A DNA stretch of 64,000 bases from an uncultured Streptococcus sp. (lineage in GTDB: Bacteria > Bacillota > Bacilli > Lactobacillales > Streptococcaceae), in assembly GCA_963530385.1 (NCBI GenBank), contig CAUSCX010000002.1, positions 13,025-77,024 on the forward strand, written 5' to 3'. The notes under the pieces were generated by a model. The model was not told the DNA's origin, did no database searches, and saw only the letters and a list, made by a program, of their open reading frames with translations. Position 1 is the first letter of the stretch; each line of letters opens with the position of its first letter. The position numbers were made by a program, and so were the translations under genes. Positions 61,400-64,000 of this stretch are shown piece by piece.

Positions 61400-62110
61400 T
61401 CACTTTCCTCCCTCTGTTAATCTAAAGAAGACTTCCTCCAGTGAAGAAAGATTTTTCATCACTTCTTGTAAAGTCCCTTTTATAAGAACTTTGCCTTTAT
61501 TGATGATGACCACATCATCTGTTACTGCTTCCACTTCCGATAATATATGAGATGATAGCAAGACGGTCTTCCCTTCTTGAGCTTGTTTTTTTATAAACTC
61601 TCTAAACCACCGAATTCCTCTTGGATCCAACCCATTTGTCAGTTCATCCAATATCAGATACTGAGGATCCCCTAATAGAGCTGTTGCAATTCCCAAGCGT
61701 TGTCCTTCTCCTAATGATAATTTTCCTATTTTAGATTTTTTCTTATGGCTAATATCCACCATATCCAAGACTTGCTCAATTCGCTGGCTGGATATTCCAT
61801 TACTAGCAGCAACAATTTTCAAATGTTGATAAACAGTCCGATCATCAGGAGCTCCGACACTGTCAAATGAAGCTCCTACAGTCTTTAGAGGAAATTTTAA
61901 TTCCTTATAAGTTTGATCTCCAATTTTGGTAAGACCAGATGTTGCTTTATCTAATCCTAATAAGATACGTAAGGTTGAACTTTTACCAGCTCCATTTGAA
62001 CCCAGGAAAGCAGTCACTCTACCTGCTTTTGCTTCAAAAGAAATATCTTTTAAAATTTGAGTTTGACCATATGACTTACATAGATTTTTAATGGTAATAC
62101 TTTGTTCCAT
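61400..62110 (-). CDS. ABC ATPase (LanF/BcrA-like)
   Basis: GSNGAGKS, LSLGEGQR, SSH. Confidence 0.9.
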   Translation of the reverse strand: MEQSITIKNLCKSYGQTQILKDISFEAKAGRVTAFLGSNGAGKSSTLRILLGLDKATSGLTKIGDQTYKELKFPLKTVGASFDSVGAPDDRTVYQHLKIVAASNGISSQRIEQVLDMVDISHKKKSKIGKLSLGEGQRLGIATALLGDPQYLILDELTNGLDPRGIRWFREFIKKQAQEGKTVLLSSHILSEVEAVTDDVVIINKGKVLIKGTLQEVMKNLSSLEEVFFRLTEGGK

Positions 62111-62222
62111 AGATGTCTCCTGTTCAATTTATTGTTTTATCGTTTTAAACAAGTATATATTAACCAATAATTTTCGGATTTTTTTCAGAATTTTAAATCT
62201 TTATAAAATCTGTATTATCATA

Positions 62223-62339
62223 TAATACTCAATGAAGATCAAAGAGCAAACTAGGAAGCGAGCCACAGGTTGCTCAAAATACTATTTTGAGGTTGCAGAT
62301 GGAAGCTGACGTGGTTTGAAGAGATTTTTGAAGAGTATA
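62223..62339 (+). repeat. BOX element
   Basis: TAATACTCAATGAAGATCAAAGAGCAAACTAGG...GAAGAGTATA. Confidence 0.9.
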
Positions 62340-62423
62340 AATCATAAAAATTTTGTTCATTGTAGTCTTATCTGTATGTATTTGTGTAAACTTAAAAGCC
62401 CGATGTTTCCATCAGGCTTCTTT

Positions 62424-63218
62424 TTATCCATGTACACGTTTCATGTAGTCTTGATAACTTTCTGTATCCATCAATTCTTTAGCGTTCTTGACTCGTTCTT
62501 TCGTCGGCGGTTTAACACCTTCGAGAGAATATGGAATTCCGAGTTCACGCCACTTGAACTCACCCATAGTATGGTAAGGCAAAATCTCAAACTTATCAAC
62601 GTTTTTCAGAGTTTTCACGAACTTACCAAGTTCAATCAAATCCTCATCTCGGTCAGTCAATCCAGGTACAAGAACGTGACGAATCCAGACAGGTTTTCCA
62701 ATATCTGAAAGATACTGAGCACAAGCTAGAATGGTTTTGTTACTTTGACTAGTTACAACTCTATGTTGAGCATCATTAATTTCTTTAATATCAAGAAGAA
62801 CCAAATCAGTAACAGCCATTAGTTTATCAAATTTTTCGAGGTAGCGAGGCTTGTTACGGAATGGAAGGGCACAAGTATCCAAGGTACAGTGGATACCTTT
62901 TTCCTTTGCCTTAGTAAAGAGGGCAATCAAGAAGTCAATCTGCAAGAGGGCTTCTCCTCCGCTGACTGTAATACCTCCCTTGTCTCCCCAGAAACCACGA
63001 TAACGAAGCGCTTCTTCTAGAACATCATCTACTGTTCGTACACGAGACTTATTGGTTTCCATTGCCCAAGTATCTGGATTATGGCAATATTGGCAACGCA
63101 TCTGACAGCCCTGCAAAAAGACAATAAAACGAATCCCAGGACCATCTACCGCCCCAAAACTCTCTGTCGAATGCACCATTCCTGTCACTTGTCCGTAGTC
63201 AATTGTTTCTTCTGACAT
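62424..63218 (-). CDS. pflA: pyruvate formate-lyase activating enzyme
   Basis: VDGPG, CQMRCQYCHN radical SAM motif, SGGE. Confidence 0.95.
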   Translation of the reverse strand: MSEETIDYGQVTGMVHSTESFGAVDGPGIRFIVFLQGCQMRCQYCHNPDTWAMETNKSRVRTVDDVLEEALRYRGFWGDKGGITVSGGEALLQIDFLIALFTKAKEKGIHCTLDTCALPFRNKPRYLEKFDKLMAVTDLVLLDIKEINDAQHRVVTSQSNKTILACAQYLSDIGKPVWIRHVLVPGLTDRDEDLIELGKFVKTLKNVDKFEILPYHTMGEFKWRELGIPYSLEGVKPPTKERVKNAKELMDTESYQDYMKRVHG

Positions 63219-63350
63219 AGCGTCACCTTCCTTGAAACCGTTTTATAATTTTATTATATCACGCTTGAAAGGAAAAACAATAGATTTTGTCTATTTTTTA
63301 GAAAACAATCTGTTTTTCACTTTCAACTTTCATGATTTTCAAAAATTCTT

Positions 63351-64000
63351 CTATTCTTTGTTAAAATTAAACCCATACAAGGTCGCAAAATAATCTTCTG
63401 GGCGCTCTGCTCGACGAATTTCCTTGGCTTTTCCTTCTTCGGTAAAGAGAATTTCTGCCGAACGAAGCTTGGCATTGTACTGGTAACCCATAGAAAAACC
63501 ATGGGCGCCTGTGTCATGAATCACTAATAAATCACCAATTTCTGTATGTGGAAGTTCGCGATTGATGGCAAATTTATCATTATTTTCACAGAGTGAACCA
63601 ACCACGTCTACCACTTCAGTCCGACCAGCTGGATGCATCATATTAGTGATGTGATGATATGCCCCATACATAGCTGGTCTCATCAGATTGACGGCTGACG
63701 CATCTACTCCGAGATAAGTGCGATAGGTTTTCTTCTTATGGGTAACTCTTGTAACCAATAAACCATGAGGAGCTAGCATAAAACGTCCTAATTCTGTGAA
63801 AATCTTGACCTGACCAAGACCTGCTGGTGTCAAAACTTCTTCATAAACTTGACGAACTCCCTCACCAATCACAGCGATATCATTTGGTTCCTGATCTGGG
63901 CGATAGTTGACCCCAATGCCACCAGATAAGTTGATAAATTCAAGTGAGATTCCTAATTTTTCTTTAATTTCAACAGCTAACTCAAAAAGCTGACGTGCTA
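63351..64000 (-). CDS. lysA: diaminopimelate decarboxylase, 5' end outside window
   Basis: INLSGGIG, ELGR, RPAMYG, GSLCE, DTGAHG. Confidence 0.9.
   Translation of the reverse strand, partial: ARQLFELAVEIKEKLGISLEFINLSGGIGVNYRPDQEPNDIAVIGEGVRQVYEEVLTPAGLGQVKIFTELGRFMLAPHGLLVTRVTHKKKTYRTYLGVDASAVNLMRPAMYGAYHHITNMMHPAGRTEVVDVVGSLCENNDKFAINRELPHTEIGDLLVIHDTGAHGFSMGYQYNAKLRSAEILFTEEGKAKEIRRAERPEDYFATLYGFNFNKE

Overview
Chromosomal segment of a mitis-group Streptococcus (four BOX elements, ami operon, choline-binding lysin). Left flank: a partial CE7 esterase, amiA-C-D-E-F and tRNA-Cys. An apparently complete ~39.3 kb temperate siphophage is integrated at the tRNA-Cys 3' end (16-bp att core at 8095-8110 and 47370-47385) with lysis, tail, head/packaging, replication and lysogeny modules. 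Right flank: CNNM/CBS transporter, endA, epuA, murA, sepM, coaD, rsmD, asnA, YccA-like, TrmH-like, acyP, yidC, a LanFEG-like ABC plus two-component block, pflA and a partial lysA. Most interesting, all inside the prophage: (1) a SLATT/DUF4231 + Thoeris-type TIR pair downstream of cI, with a convergent small PGDYG-like gene on its own promoter; (2) a three-small-ORF operon at attL, missed by the ORF track, ending in an Aca-like HTH, with a palindromic operator and an antisense promoter; (3) a phased array of four palindromes; (4) a late-leader ncRNA cluster (atypical tRNA-Phe, a tRNA-shaped anti-Shine-Dalgarno RNA, two pseudoknots); (5) two core genes that seem to start at ATC; (6) tandem NrdR-like boxes. 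Family assignments come from motif recognition, not database searches.
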